From Longivirga aurantiaca (GTDB lineage Bacteria > Actinomycetota > Actinomycetes > S36-B12 > CAIYMF01): a stretch of 32,000 nucleotides of DNA. How positions within the stretch are numbered: the stretch's first letter is position 1; each line of letters starts with the position of its first letter. The stretch lies in contig NZ_JBHSTI010000002.1 in the NCBI RefSeq assembly GCF_042660085.1, positions 180,001 through 212,000 of the forward strand, read 5' to 3'. Positions 17,802-26,290 of this stretch are shown here, piece by piece. The notes beneath the pieces were generated by a model, which had not been told where the DNA came from, ran no database searches, and saw only the letters and a program-made list of their open reading frames with translations. A program made the translations under genes and the position numbers.

Positions 17802-20153
17802 TCACTGCCGTGCCAGCGCCGTGGACAGCCGGAGCTGGGGGTCCACCAGGTGGTTGAAGTCGGCGTCGCCGTCGGCGAGCTCGATGAGGACCGTCTTCAC
17901 CTCGCCCGTGAACGCGCTGCCGTGCGAGGTGTAGTCGTCGCTCACCGGGAGGCCGCTGTCGTGGCCGACGTCGCACGTCTCGTCGAGCGAGAACACCAGC
18001 GGCACGCTGCGCTCGAGCCTGCCCTCTGCCACCGCCTCGCCGTCCAGCGTCAGCGTGATGTCGCCACCGCGGGCCGGCCCTCCGCCGTCGTACGCGAAGG
18101 ACATGACCAGGCGGTGTCTGCCCGGCGGGACGGGAGCCGTGCCGGCGACCTTGGTGACCTGCAGGCCCATGAGGTTGTAGCAGTAGACCGGCACGCCGTC
18201 GTGGCGCAGGTAGAGGCTCCACCCGCCGAACGCACCGCCCTGGGCGATGATCACGCCGGCCGCCCCGCCCTCGGGCACCTCGATGTCGGCGGCGACCGCG
18301 TGCGACACGTTCTTCACGTTGAGCACGGTCGCCTCGGTGAGGCGGCTCATGCTGCCGTAGAGGATCTGCGTGCGGCCCTTGATGAGCGTCGGCCGTCCGG
18401 CGATGGCTGCGTCGAAACGCTCGACGCGGCGGTCGTCGAGGGGGAGCACGTTGTACTTCCTCGCCTCGACGAGGAAGAGCTCCTGCAGCTCGCGCAGCTT
18501 GTCGGGCAGCTCAGCCGAGAGGTCGTTCGCCTGGGTCCAGTCGTCGGGGGAGTAGAGCTCCCACACGTCGTCGACGAACGCCGGCAGCTCGGCCATCGCC
18601 ACCCACGGCGTCGCGTGCTTGGTGCACGCCGTCCAGCCCTCGTGGTAGATCCCGCGGTTGCCGCCGATCTCGAAGTACTGCGTCGTGTGGCGGTCGGCCG
18701 CCGCGGCGTCGCCGAACGAGTACGTCATGCTCACGCCGTGCAGGGGAGTCTGCTCGGCACCGTTGACCTGCTCCGGGTGCGGGATGCCGGCGACGTCGAG
18801 CACGGTGGGCGCGATGTCGATGACGTGGTGGAACTGGTTGCGGACGCCCGGCTCGGTGATGCCCTTCGGCCAGTGCACCACCGTGCCGTTGCGGGTGCCG
18901 CCCCAGTGCGAGGCCACCTGCTTCGTCCACTGGTACGGCGTGTCCATGGCGTGAGCCCAGCCCACCGAGAAGTGGTTGTACGCCTCGATGGTGCCGAACT
19001 TGTCGATGCGCGAGGCCATGAACTCGGGGGTCTCGAGGGCGGCTGCGCCGTTGAAGAAGAGGTACTCGTTGAAGCTGCCGTTGATGTGGCCCTCGGCCGA
19101 GGCGCCGTTGTCGCCGATCACGTAGAAGACCAGCGTGTTCTCGAGCGAGCCCAGGTCGTCGAGCGCGTCGACGAGGCGGCCGATGTGGTGGTCGGTGTGC
19201 TCGAGGAAGCCGGCGTACACCTCCATCTGGCGGGCAAGCACGGGCTTGAGCGCCTCGGGCATGTCGTCCCACGCAGGGATCTCGTCGTGGCGCGCGGTGA
19301 GCTCGGCCTCCTCGGGCACCACGCCGCGGCGCTTCTGCTCGGCGAAGATCCGCTCGCGCAGGGCGTCCCAGCCGTCGTCGAACTCGCCCTTGTACTTGTC
19401 GGCCCACTCGAGCGGCACGTGGTGCGGGGCGTGGGTGGCGCCCGGCGCGTAGTACATGAAGAACGGGCGGTCGGGGGTCAGGGCGGTGAGGCGGCGGACC
19501 CAGGCGATCGCCTGGTCGGTCATGTCCTCGGTGAAGTGGTAGTCGTCGTCCGCAATGCCCTCGGGCTCGATCGGCGTGGTGCCGCTGAAGAGCGCCGGGG
19601 CGTGCTGGTTGGTCTCGCCGCCGAGGAAGCCGTAGAAGTGCTCGAAGCCGCCGCCGCCGGTCGGCCAGGCGTCGAACGGACCCACCGGGCTGGTCTGCCA
19701 GACCGGCACCTCGTGGCACTTGCCGAACTGCGCCGTCGAGTAGCCGTTGAGCCTGAGCACCTCGGCGAGCGGCGCCGCCGACTGCGGGCGGATGGACGAG
19801 TAGCCGGGTGCGGCCGTGGCGATCTCGGTGATCGCCCCCATGCCGACTGCGTGATGGTTCCGGCCGGTGAGGAGCGCCTGGCGGGTGGGCGCGCAGAGGG
19901 CCGCGGTGTGGAAGCGCGAGTACGCCAGGCCGTTGTTCGCGAGCCGCTCGGCGACGGGCGTGCGGCACGGGCCGCCGAAGACGCTCGCGGCACCGAAGCC
20001 GACGTCGTCGAGCAGGATCACGAGGACGTTGGGCGCGCCCACCGGCGGCCGGATGGGCTGGATGGGCTCGAAGACCGCGCGCGGGTCCTTGGCGTCGTCG
20101 TAGACGGGCCCGTCGTACTGCTTGTCCGGGATCGGGAGGTGGGTGCGGTCCAT
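17802..20153 (-). CDS. arylsulfatase (Cys-type, large AtsA-like form)
   Basis: PNVLVILLDDVGFG and the formylglycine motif LCAPTRQALLTGR (C-x-P-x-R) are present, along with GKCHE and a long C-terminal beta domain. I prefer the ATG at 20153 (GGGAG upstream), but the ATG at 20210 is also possible. Confidence 0.85.
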   Translation of the reverse strand: MDRTHLPIPDKQYDGPVYDDAKDPRAVFEPIQPIRPPVGAPNVLVILLDDVGFGAASVFGGPCRTPVAERLANNGLAYSRFHTAALCAPTRQALLTGRNHHAVGMGAITEIATAAPGYSSIRPQSAAPLAEVLRLNGYSTAQFGKCHEVPVWQTSPVGPFDAWPTGGGGFEHFYGFLGGETNQHAPALFSGTTPIEPEGIADDDYHFTEDMTDQAIAWVRRLTALTPDRPFFMYYAPGATHAPHHVPLEWADKYKGEFDDGWDALRERIFAEQKRRGVVPEEAELTARHDEIPAWDDMPEALKPVLARQMEVYAGFLEHTDHHIGRLVDALDDLGSLENTLVFYVIGDNGASAEGHINGSFNEYLFFNGAAALETPEFMASRIDKFGTIEAYNHFSVGWAHAMDTPYQWTKQVASHWGGTRNGTVVHWPKGITEPGVRNQFHHVIDIAPTVLDVAGIPHPEQVNGAEQTPLHGVSMTYSFGDAAAADRHTTQYFEIGGNRGIYHEGWTACTKHATPWVAMAELPAFVDDVWELYSPDDWTQANDLSAELPDKLRELQELFLVEARKYNVLPLDDRRVERFDAAIAGRPTLIKGRTQILYGSMSRLTEATVLNVKNVSHAVAADIEVPEGGAAGVIIAQGGAFGGWSLYLRHDGVPVYCYNLMGLQVTKVAGTAPVPPGRHRLVMSFAYDGGGPARGGDITLTLDGEAVAEGRLERSVPLVFSLDETCDVGHDSGLPVSDDYTSHGSAFTGEVKTVLIELADGDADFNHLVDPQLRLSTALARQ

Positions 20154-20335
20154 GACGTCGGGCTCCCTCGTCGAGATCGGCTGCAGACGCCTCGGGACGA
20201 AGCCCGTCACGCGGTCTGACTGATCGTCACCTGCGAGCAGGATTCAACCATCCCGGCAGCCGCTGGCAGGAGTGTTCGCAGGAGCGCACCCGCCGCGGCA
20301 CCGGTCGGGGCGTGGGGGTCGTCGGACGTCCCGAA

Positions 20336-20418
20336 CGGGTCGGCCGCCCAGGGATCGAACCCAGGACCTGCGGATCAGGAGCCGGGCCCGGACCTCCGTC
20401 AACTCGTTGATCGGCGCC
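20336..20418 (-). pseudogene. degenerate tRNA-Lys-like remnant (possible ancient att site or displaced tRNA end)
   Basis: CGGGTCGGCCGCCCAGGGATCGAACCCAGGACCTGCGGATCAGGAGCCGG aligns with the tRNA-Lys region 29132-29183, with about 9 mismatches in 52 nt. The acceptor and anticodon stems cannot be formed, so it is not a functional tRNA. Confidence 0.4.
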
Positions 20419-20500
20419 TCGGCGGGAGTGACCTCGGACACGTCACTAAACTGAAAGCGGACGCTGCCGCCTCGCGTACGGCCGTCCGCGGAGGTGCGCT

Positions 20501-22888
20501 ATGAGCGCCACCCTGATCCGCCGCCTGCTGTCCATGACCTCAGCAGCGGCGTTGGCCATCGCGATCACCGGGCTCGCAGCACCGGCCGCGACGGCCGAAG
20601 CACCACCCACCCTCACGGTCGACCCCGTCTCCGACCTGGTCTCCGGGGGGTCGTTCACGCCCGGTAGCGACGTCTCTCTGTGGCTCAACGGCGTGCTGGT
20701 CGCCGACAGCTTCACCCAGATCGACCCGCAGTGCGGCGACTGCGGGTTCTTCTTCCAGAACCCCGAGGTCGACATCGCCATCGGGGACACAGTCACCGTC
20801 ACGGCCGGCGTGACGGTGACCTACGTCGTGGCTCCGCTGGTCATCACCTCGGTGAGCGCGGCGGCGATCCACGGTGAGTCCGCGCCTGACGGCGCCACGG
20901 TCGTCGTCACCCGCGACGACGACGAGGCGACGCTCGAGGCCCAGGTCGTCGCCGGCGACTGGGCCGTCGACCTCACCCCATGGCAGCTGGGAGTCGGCAA
21001 CGCCGGAACGGTCGTGCAGACCGACGAGGCCGGCAACAGCACGTCTCTCGCATGGAGCGTCCCTGCGTTCACCGCCGACCCCGGCCAGGATCACGTCAGC
21101 GGCTGGGGGTTCGGCCGTCCGGTCACGGTCACGATCGGCGGCGTCAGCTGGACCGGTGACCGGATCGAGTACGAGGGCGACAGCTTCAACGTGTACTTCG
21201 GCCCTGGGCCGGGCAGCACCGAACCTGACATCGTGCCGGGCACGACGGTCACGGTCACCGGGCCCTACGCGTCCAAGTCGCTGACGGTCGTCGACCTGGG
21301 CCTCACCGGTTGGGACGTCGCGCAGAACACCCTCTGGGGCACGACCGACGATCCCGACCCGAACCACGCGCTGTTCCTGTGGGTGTCCCGGCCTGACGCC
21401 GACACCAACCTCACCGTCTTCGCCGACGGCGGCGTCTGGCTCGCCGACCTCGGCGCGGACGGCAGCGGCTACGAGCTGCGCATCAACGACAGGCTCGAGA
21501 TCGCCCAGGTCGACGCCGACGGCGACGAGACCCAGGTGCACCGAGTCGTCGCCGGACCTCGTTTCACCGTCGGGCTCGAGGTGCAGGAGGTCGTCGGGCT
21601 CGACTGGCCTCTCGGTCAGGACGTCGTGCTCACCGTGGAGCGGGCCGGCACGTCCGTCTTCAGCGCCACGACGAGTCCCACCGCGGCCACCGAGGCCTAC
21701 GGCGGGTGGCTCATGACCGGCGAGGGCGGCCGGGTGTACTTCGACCTGACCAAGGGTCCGATCCAGACGGTGCCGGGAGACGTCCTGACGATGAGCAGCG
21801 GGAGCGTCGTCAAGACGCAGGTGATCCCCTCGCTCACGGTCGACCTTCCGGACTACGCCGCCGACAGTGTCTCGGGAACTGCCGACCTGCCGGAGGACAG
21901 CTTCCTGACGCTGTCCGCGGACACGTTCTGGAACGGCCCCCCGATGCACGGGCTCGGCTCGGGCGGTGACTGGTCGTGGGCGTTCACCACGGACCAGGGC
22001 ACCCCGGACGAGAGCACCGAGTACGACATCACCGAGTCGTCCATGCCGTTCGTCTTCGCGACCGATGCGGACGGCGACATGACCGAGTCGCACGCGCCCG
22101 TCCCCGACGTCCGGGTCGACCCGATGGCCGACCGCGTGTGGGCGTCCGACTTCGCGGGCCCGACGACCCTGACCATCACGAGCGGGACGACCACCTACAC
22201 CGGGTCGGCGGATCCCACGAACGTGCTCACCCGCGGGTCGTGGAACCTCGACATGTGGGTGGAGCGGACGGGCAACCTGCCGCGTCCGGCAGTGTCGCTC
22301 TACGACCTCGCCGGCGTGTTCGACATCCGGGGCGGTGACCACATCTCGGTCACCGACGGCGTCAGCACCCGCGAGCTCGTGGTCGCCGACATCACCGTTG
22401 ATACCGCGAACGCGTCGACCGACGTGATGAGCGGCCACGCCACCCAGCCGCTCACCCTGCACATGGGCGACGGCGAGGGCGGGTACTGGGGGTACGGGGT
22501 CACGCCGGTAGACGGCCAGTGGAGCTACTGGTTCGAGCCCGGCGTCTTCCCGAACCCTCCCGACGGCATCCCCGCGGGGATGCACCTCCAGGCGGTGGAC
22601 GGCGGGACGGTCGTGCGTGTCACGGCGACCGCGACGCCGATCGAGCCGTCGGAGCTCGTCCCCACGGTGCAGGCGCTGCACCTCAAGGCGAGCACCGAGC
22701 GCGCGCTGCTGGCAACCCTGCAGTCCGCGCAGAGGTCCTACGACAGGAGCAAGGTCAAGGCGGGCAACGCGTCCATGGAGGCGTTCATCATCCAGGTCAC
22801 GAAGCTCTCTCCCAAGACGATCCCGACGGCGGCCGCGAACCAGCTCGTGGCCGATGCCCGGGCGGTGATCGCCGCGCACAGCGGCTGA
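20501..22888 (+). CDS. 795-aa secreted protein built of repeated Ig-like/beta-sandwich modules with a short helical C-terminal module
   Basis: The signal peptide is MSATLIRRLLSMTSAAALAIAITGLAAPAATAEA. A recurring module of about 80-110 aa has the pattern (GD.vTVT.G ... V..ltVD...D.VSG.A). AGNS-type strands are typical of bacterial Ig-like repeats. The C-terminal ~75 aa (ALHLKASTERALLATLQSAQRSYDRSKVKAGNASMEAFIIQVTKLSPKTIPTAAANQLVADARAVIAAH) is helical. There is no LPXTG motif and no TM anchor. Confidence 0.75.
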   Translation: MSATLIRRLLSMTSAAALAIAITGLAAPAATAEAPPTLTVDPVSDLVSGGSFTPGSDVSLWLNGVLVADSFTQIDPQCGDCGFFFQNPEVDIAIGDTVTVTAGVTVTYVVAPLVITSVSAAAIHGESAPDGATVVVTRDDDEATLEAQVVAGDWAVDLTPWQLGVGNAGTVVQTDEAGNSTSLAWSVPAFTADPGQDHVSGWGFGRPVTVTIGGVSWTGDRIEYEGDSFNVYFGPGPGSTEPDIVPGTTVTVTGPYASKSLTVVDLGLTGWDVAQNTLWGTTDDPDPNHALFLWVSRPDADTNLTVFADGGVWLADLGADGSGYELRINDRLEIAQVDADGDETQVHRVVAGPRFTVGLEVQEVVGLDWPLGQDVVLTVERAGTSVFSATTSPTAATEAYGGWLMTGEGGRVYFDLTKGPIQTVPGDVLTMSSGSVVKTQVIPSLTVDLPDYAADSVSGTADLPEDSFLTLSADTFWNGPPMHGLGSGGDWSWAFTTDQGTPDESTEYDITESSMPFVFATDADGDMTESHAPVPDVRVDPMADRVWASDFAGPTTLTITSGTTTYTGSADPTNVLTRGSWNLDMWVERTGNLPRPAVSLYDLAGVFDIRGGDHISVTDGVSTRELVVADITVDTANASTDVMSGHATQPLTLHMGDGEGGYWGYGVTPVDGQWSYWFEPGVFPNPPDGIPAGMHLQAVDGGTVVRVTATATPIEPSELVPTVQALHLKASTERALLATLQSAQRSYDRSKVKAGNASMEAFIIQVTKLSPKTIPTAAANQLVADARAVIAAHSG

Positions 22889-22913
22889 GCGCGCAACTGC
22901 GCACAGCACACCG

Positions 22914-22944
22914 GGCAGGGTCCGTCACAACGACGGGCCCTGCC
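22914..22944. terminator. strong bidirectional hairpin between convergent genes
   Basis: GGCAGGGTCCGTC-ACAAC-GACGGGCCCTGCC, a 13-bp stem with one G-T pair. It lies 26 nt after the 20501..22888 stop and 64 nt after the 23008..23301 stop. Confidence 0.55.
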
Positions 22945-23007
22945 GCGTGGCGGCGTAGTCGTCGGCGGCACCCGCAGAGCCGCCGGTGCGGTCCGTCGAT
23001 CGGCACC

Positions 23008-23301
23008 TCAGGGCAGCGGGACGAGGCCGACGTCGCCGACGAGGACTGTCGCCGTCTCGCCCGGCTCTGCCTCGATCTCCCACTCCCGGAAGAAGGCCCG
23101 CGCGCCTTCGCGGGAGCCCCAGCAGGCCAGGGCGTAGAAGGCGCTGCCGTCCTCGGCGTACCAGGCTCGGTGGAACCGGCACCCATGGCCGGCCGCCGAG
23201 TGCTGCATCTCCTCGGTGATCCAGGTGAGCCGCTTCTCGTACATGGACTGCGCCGTCTGCCCGTCGTTGGTCGGCGCAGGCGCGCGGAAGAGGATCCACA
23301 T
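23008..23301 (-). CDS. small (97 aa) alpha+beta protein, unknown function (ABM/dimeric alpha-beta-barrel-like by pattern)
   Basis: Codons are GC3-rich throughout, and the beta-alpha-beta pattern MWILFRAPA...MYEKRLTWITEEM...FHRAWYAEDGSAFYALACWGSREGARAFF is present. No clear SD, so it may be leaderless. Confidence 0.55.
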   Translation of the reverse strand: MWILFRAPAPTNDGQTAQSMYEKRLTWITEEMQHSAAGHGCRFHRAWYAEDGSAFYALACWGSREGARAFFREWEIEAEPGETATVLVGDVGLVPLP

Positions 23302-23439
23302 GCGGTCAGGGTAGGCGTGGCGATGCGGCGCGTCCGGGATCCGCGCTCAGCGGCAGCGCGCGTACTCGGCGCACACTGGGCTCGCCCCCGGCCGCTGAAC
23401 CCGGGCGTGCCGTGGGAGCCGAGCACCGGGGGCACGTCG

Positions 23440-23730
23440 GTGTGGACGCGGGCCATCGTGCTCGCCAACAGCGCAGGCGTGGACAACGGAGAGCCGCCCA
23501 TCGAGGCGCTACGGCTGCACGACCTGCGCCACACGGCGGCACGCCTGATGCTGGCGAGCGGTATGGACATGCACCAGGTCGCCACGGCTCTCGGCCACGC
23601 CGGCTCCTCCATCACGGTCGAGGTCTACGCGCATCTGCTGCCCAGCGAGGTCGTTCCGAGCAGCGAGCGCGACGACGCGTTGATGGCCGAGGAGCGCACC
23701 CGCGCGCAGGAACCGGTCGAGCGCGTCAGG
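23440..23730 (+). pseudogene. tyrosine recombinase (phage-type integrase) remnant, C-terminal catalytic ~90 aa only
   Basis: Within track ORF 22519..23904: ...RAIVLANSAGV...LRLHDLRHTAARLMLASGMDMHQVATALGHAGSSITVEVYAHLLP. This carries the HxxR, GH and catalytic Tyr boxes. No N-terminal SAM-like or core-binding part exists, because the space upstream is occupied by the opposite-strand gene 23008..23301. Confidence 0.7.
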
Positions 23731-23775
23731 ATCCTCCGCCGGGCGTGGGCCGGCGACGACGGCACATCGGAGCGC

Positions 23776-23825
23776 GATTTGGTAGTGGAAAGTCGGGGCC
23801 GAGCGCGAGGTTCCACTACCAAATC
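23776..23825. repeat. perfect 15-bp inverted repeat with a 20-nt spacer
   Basis: GATTTGGTAGTGGAA (23776-23790) ... TTCCACTACCAAATC (23811-23825). It is relatively AT-rich for this genome and lies between the integrase remnant and the att-like repeat. Confidence 0.6.
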
Positions 23826-23915
23826 GGCCATCCGCGGCGGCGCCGGCCGCCGGTTGTTCCTCGGTTTCGCAGGCGCCGCTCCGTTGGAGGGGGCGGAGGG
23901 GTGAACGCCCCGAAC

Positions 23916-23989
23916 GACAGGGGCGTAACCCAGCGTTTGCGCTGGTAGAACGGGTGGGCGCCTGGGGACCGAACCCAGAACCCGCGGAT
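23916..23989. repeat. direct repeat copy of the tRNA-Lys 3' half plus downstream flank (att-like)
   Basis: This 74-nt copy aligns to 29097-29171 with 6 substitutions and 1 indel. Over the last 61 nt there are only 2 substitutions and 1 indel. Similarity stops exactly at the anticodon-loop boundary. Confidence 0.65.
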
Positions 23990-24305
23990 GGAGAGCGCGA
24001 CCGGCGGTACGTGCGACTCCCTCCCGGCCGCGCGTAGATCGGCCGATGTCGCTTGGTGCGCATGGAAAGCCGGGCCGGTACGACTGTGCCTGGGCGAGAT
24101 CGGCAACGGTGCAGAGGCCCGGCTCCCCGAGGGCTCGACGCCCACGCGCGCGACGCACGTACGCCAAGGGGCTGTAGCCGCGCCGTAGGCCGGGCGGTGT
24201 CCGGTGTGCCGCATGGCCAACCGTCGGGCATGCGCGTCGGCAGCTGCCCCGGAGGCCGTGCAACGCAGACCGCGGCGGCGTAGCGTCGTCGGCGAGGGGT
24301 TGATC

Positions 24306-26219
24306 ATGACCGGATCGCCTGATGGTCTGCGCGCGGAGCCGTCGTACCTCGGACCCGAGTGGGCTGCTGCCGGGGCGCTGGCCCTGGTGGTGGCAGCCGC
24401 AGGGCCGCTGCTGCGCACGCTGTTCCCCATCCTCTACGTGATCGGGGAGGACTGGAGCTATCCAGGGGTCGGTGCGGTCGGGCTGCTCCTCTACCTCTCG
24501 CCGCTGCTGGCCGTGCTCGCGTTCCGCGCGCGTCCTCGCACGGCGGTGAGGCTCGGCGCCGCGATGCTGCTGGCAGCCGCTGTGGGCCTCGTCGCGGTCG
24601 CGCCGATCAGCCGGTACGTGGCTGCGGCAGCAACCGTCCTGGCTCTCGTCGGCGTCACGCTCGTCGCCCAGCATCTCGCTGCTGCGGGCAGCGGCCGTCG
24701 GCTGCTGCTGGTCGGCGCCGTCGTCGGCCTGACGTTGGACACAGCGGTCCGGGGGCTGCTGATCACGTGGGACCTGGTGTGGCGTGCGGCCGGGTTGGCC
24801 TCCGCCCTCTCGCTGCTCGTGCCTGCGACGGCGGTGCTCCTGGCATGGTGGGCGACCCGGCGCGATCCGCCGCGGACGGCTGTCGAACCGGCGAGCCGGT
24901 CGGCCGTCGTGGGGATCGGCGGGCTGATCGCGCTCGCGGCCCTGTTCCTGCAGAACCCCGGCTACGTGTCGGCGATGACGGGCTGGCCGTTCTGGGCCGG
25001 TGTCGCCGTCGTGCTGCTCGCCGACGCGCTGGCGCTCGTCGGCCTCGCGGCAGCTGCCGCGCGGGCGCCGCACGCTCTCGTGGTGGGCCTGCTGTCGGCC
25101 CTCGCCGCGGTGAGCACGGTGCTCGTGACCGTGGCCGCCGGCGCGGTGTCGTCGGTGCTCGTGGTCGTCGCCTGGGCGGCACTCGTCGCGCTGGTGTCGG
25201 TCGCGCTCGCGGCCGATCCAGCCCATCCCACCCGGGCGCCGTGGCTCGCAGGCCCGGCACGTGCCGCGGGGGCCGCCGCATTCGGTCTCGCCGTGGTCTT
25301 CCTCTGGCAGTTCTACATCGACACCGCGCTGCCCTTCCCACGCTGGGCCATCGCGCTGCTGCCCGTCCTCGTCGTCGCTGGCTCCGCGCTGCTGGCGGTA
25401 CGCCGGGATCCGGGCGGTGCGCCCGCCGCACGCCGTCCCGCGCTCATGGGCGCCCTGGCAGCGACCGCCGCCGCGGTCGTCTGCGCCGCGTTCCTCGTGG
25501 CGACGACTCCCGCTGGCTCCTCCGCAGCGGCGTCCGGTCGCACGGTGACCGTGATGACGTACAACATCCGGAGCGCGTCGGACGTCGACGGCCAGATCCG
25601 GCCCGACGTCGTCGCCGACATCGTGCGCGAGTTCGACCCCGACGTGCTGTTGCTGCAGGAGACCGGCAGGGGCTGGCCCATCCACGCGTCGACCGACGTC
25701 GCGGCGGTCCTGGAACGCGAGCTGGGGTACGCCGCAGCCTTCATGGGATCGGCCGACGACACGTTCGGCAACGTGGTGCTGTCGCGCCTGCCGTTCGACG
25801 TGACCGCGACCGGCTACCTGCCCGACGTGGGCGGCCAGCGCCGCAGCTACATCGCCGTGATGGTCGATGTCGGCGGCAGCCCGCTTCTCGTGGTGAACAG
25901 CCATCTCGAGGACAGGTCCGTGCCCCAGATCGAGGCGCTCCTGGCCGTCGCCGGCGACACGTCGCCGGCGGTCGTGCTCGGCGACCTGAACACCTGGCCC
26001 GACCTCGAGGAGGCTGCGGCCTTCACAGCAACGGGTCTCGTCGACGTGGTCGATGCGTCCGGCGACGTGTGCCGCACGACCTCGGCGCAGCCGACCCGGC
26101 CGTGCGACCGCCCCGACTGGATCCTGGTAACGCCGGATCTGGCGATCGACGCCGTCTCGATCGGGACGGTGCCAGCATCCGACCACCTGCCGATCGTGGC
26201 CACGCTGACCCTGCCCTGA
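24306..26219 (+). CDS. polytopic membrane protein fused to a C-terminal endonuclease/exonuclease/phosphatase (EEP) domain
   Basis: The ATG at 24306 follows GAGGGG. About 430 aa of Ala/Leu/Val-rich sequence has roughly 10-12 hydrophobic spans. The EEP motifs follow: VMTYNIR, LLLQE, VVNSHL, LGDLN and SDHLPIV. Confidence 0.8.
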   Translation: MTGSPDGLRAEPSYLGPEWAAAGALALVVAAAGPLLRTLFPILYVIGEDWSYPGVGAVGLLLYLSPLLAVLAFRARPRTAVRLGAAMLLAAAVGLVAVAPISRYVAAAATVLALVGVTLVAQHLAAAGSGRRLLLVGAVVGLTLDTAVRGLLITWDLVWRAAGLASALSLLVPATAVLLAWWATRRDPPRTAVEPASRSAVVGIGGLIALAALFLQNPGYVSAMTGWPFWAGVAVVLLADALALVGLAAAAARAPHALVVGLLSALAAVSTVLVTVAAGAVSSVLVVVAWAALVALVSVALAADPAHPTRAPWLAGPARAAGAAAFGLAVVFLWQFYIDTALPFPRWAIALLPVLVVAGSALLAVRRDPGGAPAARRPALMGALAATAAAVVCAAFLVATTPAGSSAAASGRTVTVMTYNIRSASDVDGQIRPDVVADIVREFDPDVLLLQETGRGWPIHASTDVAAVLERELGYAAAFMGSADDTFGNVVLSRLPFDVTATGYLPDVGGQRRSYIAVMVDVGGSPLLVVNSHLEDRSVPQIEALLAVAGDTSPAVVLGDLNTWPDLEEAAAFTATGLVDVVDASGDVCRTTSAQPTRPCDRPDWILVTPDLAIDAVSIGTVPASDHLPIVATLTLP

Positions 26220-26290
26220 CGGCGGTTGCGCAACGCCGCGCCGTCGAAGCCCGACAGCTCGCCCGGCCGATGTCCGCGGCCCGGGCGTCC

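Noticed and set aside
17388-20219. A 943-aa plus-strand ORF.
   Set aside because: It is antisense to the arylsulfatase and the UPF0104-like gene, has a low-complexity Arg/Val/Gly/Asp composition and carries no recognisable domain.
20336-20418. A possible functional tRNA, suggested by the T-loop-like GGTTCGATCC on the minus strand.
   Set aside because: I could not build an acceptor stem or an anticodon stem. The T stem would need two G-U pairs, and the sequence is about 5 nt longer than the tRNA-Lys it resembles. It is treated as a degenerate remnant.
20540-22909. A 789-aa minus-strand ORF.
   Set aside because: It is antisense to the signal-peptide-bearing Ig-like repeat protein, which has the better codon pattern and a clean N-terminus. 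The antisense product is Arg/Gly/Asp-rich nonsense.
22519-23904. A 461-aa plus-strand ORF taken as an intact gene.
   Set aside because: Only residues encoded at about 23440-23730 look like protein (integrase C-terminus). The 5' part overlaps the end of the Ig-like protein gene and the opposite-strand gene 23008..23301, and is Arg/Gly/Pro filler. It is therefore called a remnant, not a full CDS.
24131-24200. Another T-arm-like string (GGGCTCGACGCCCA) in the 315-nt leader of the EEP gene, possibly a further tRNA fragment.
   Set aside because: The similarity is limited to a few nucleotides, with an inserted base relative to the TPsiC consensus. No adjacent stems can be formed, and it does not align to the tRNA-Lys repeat.
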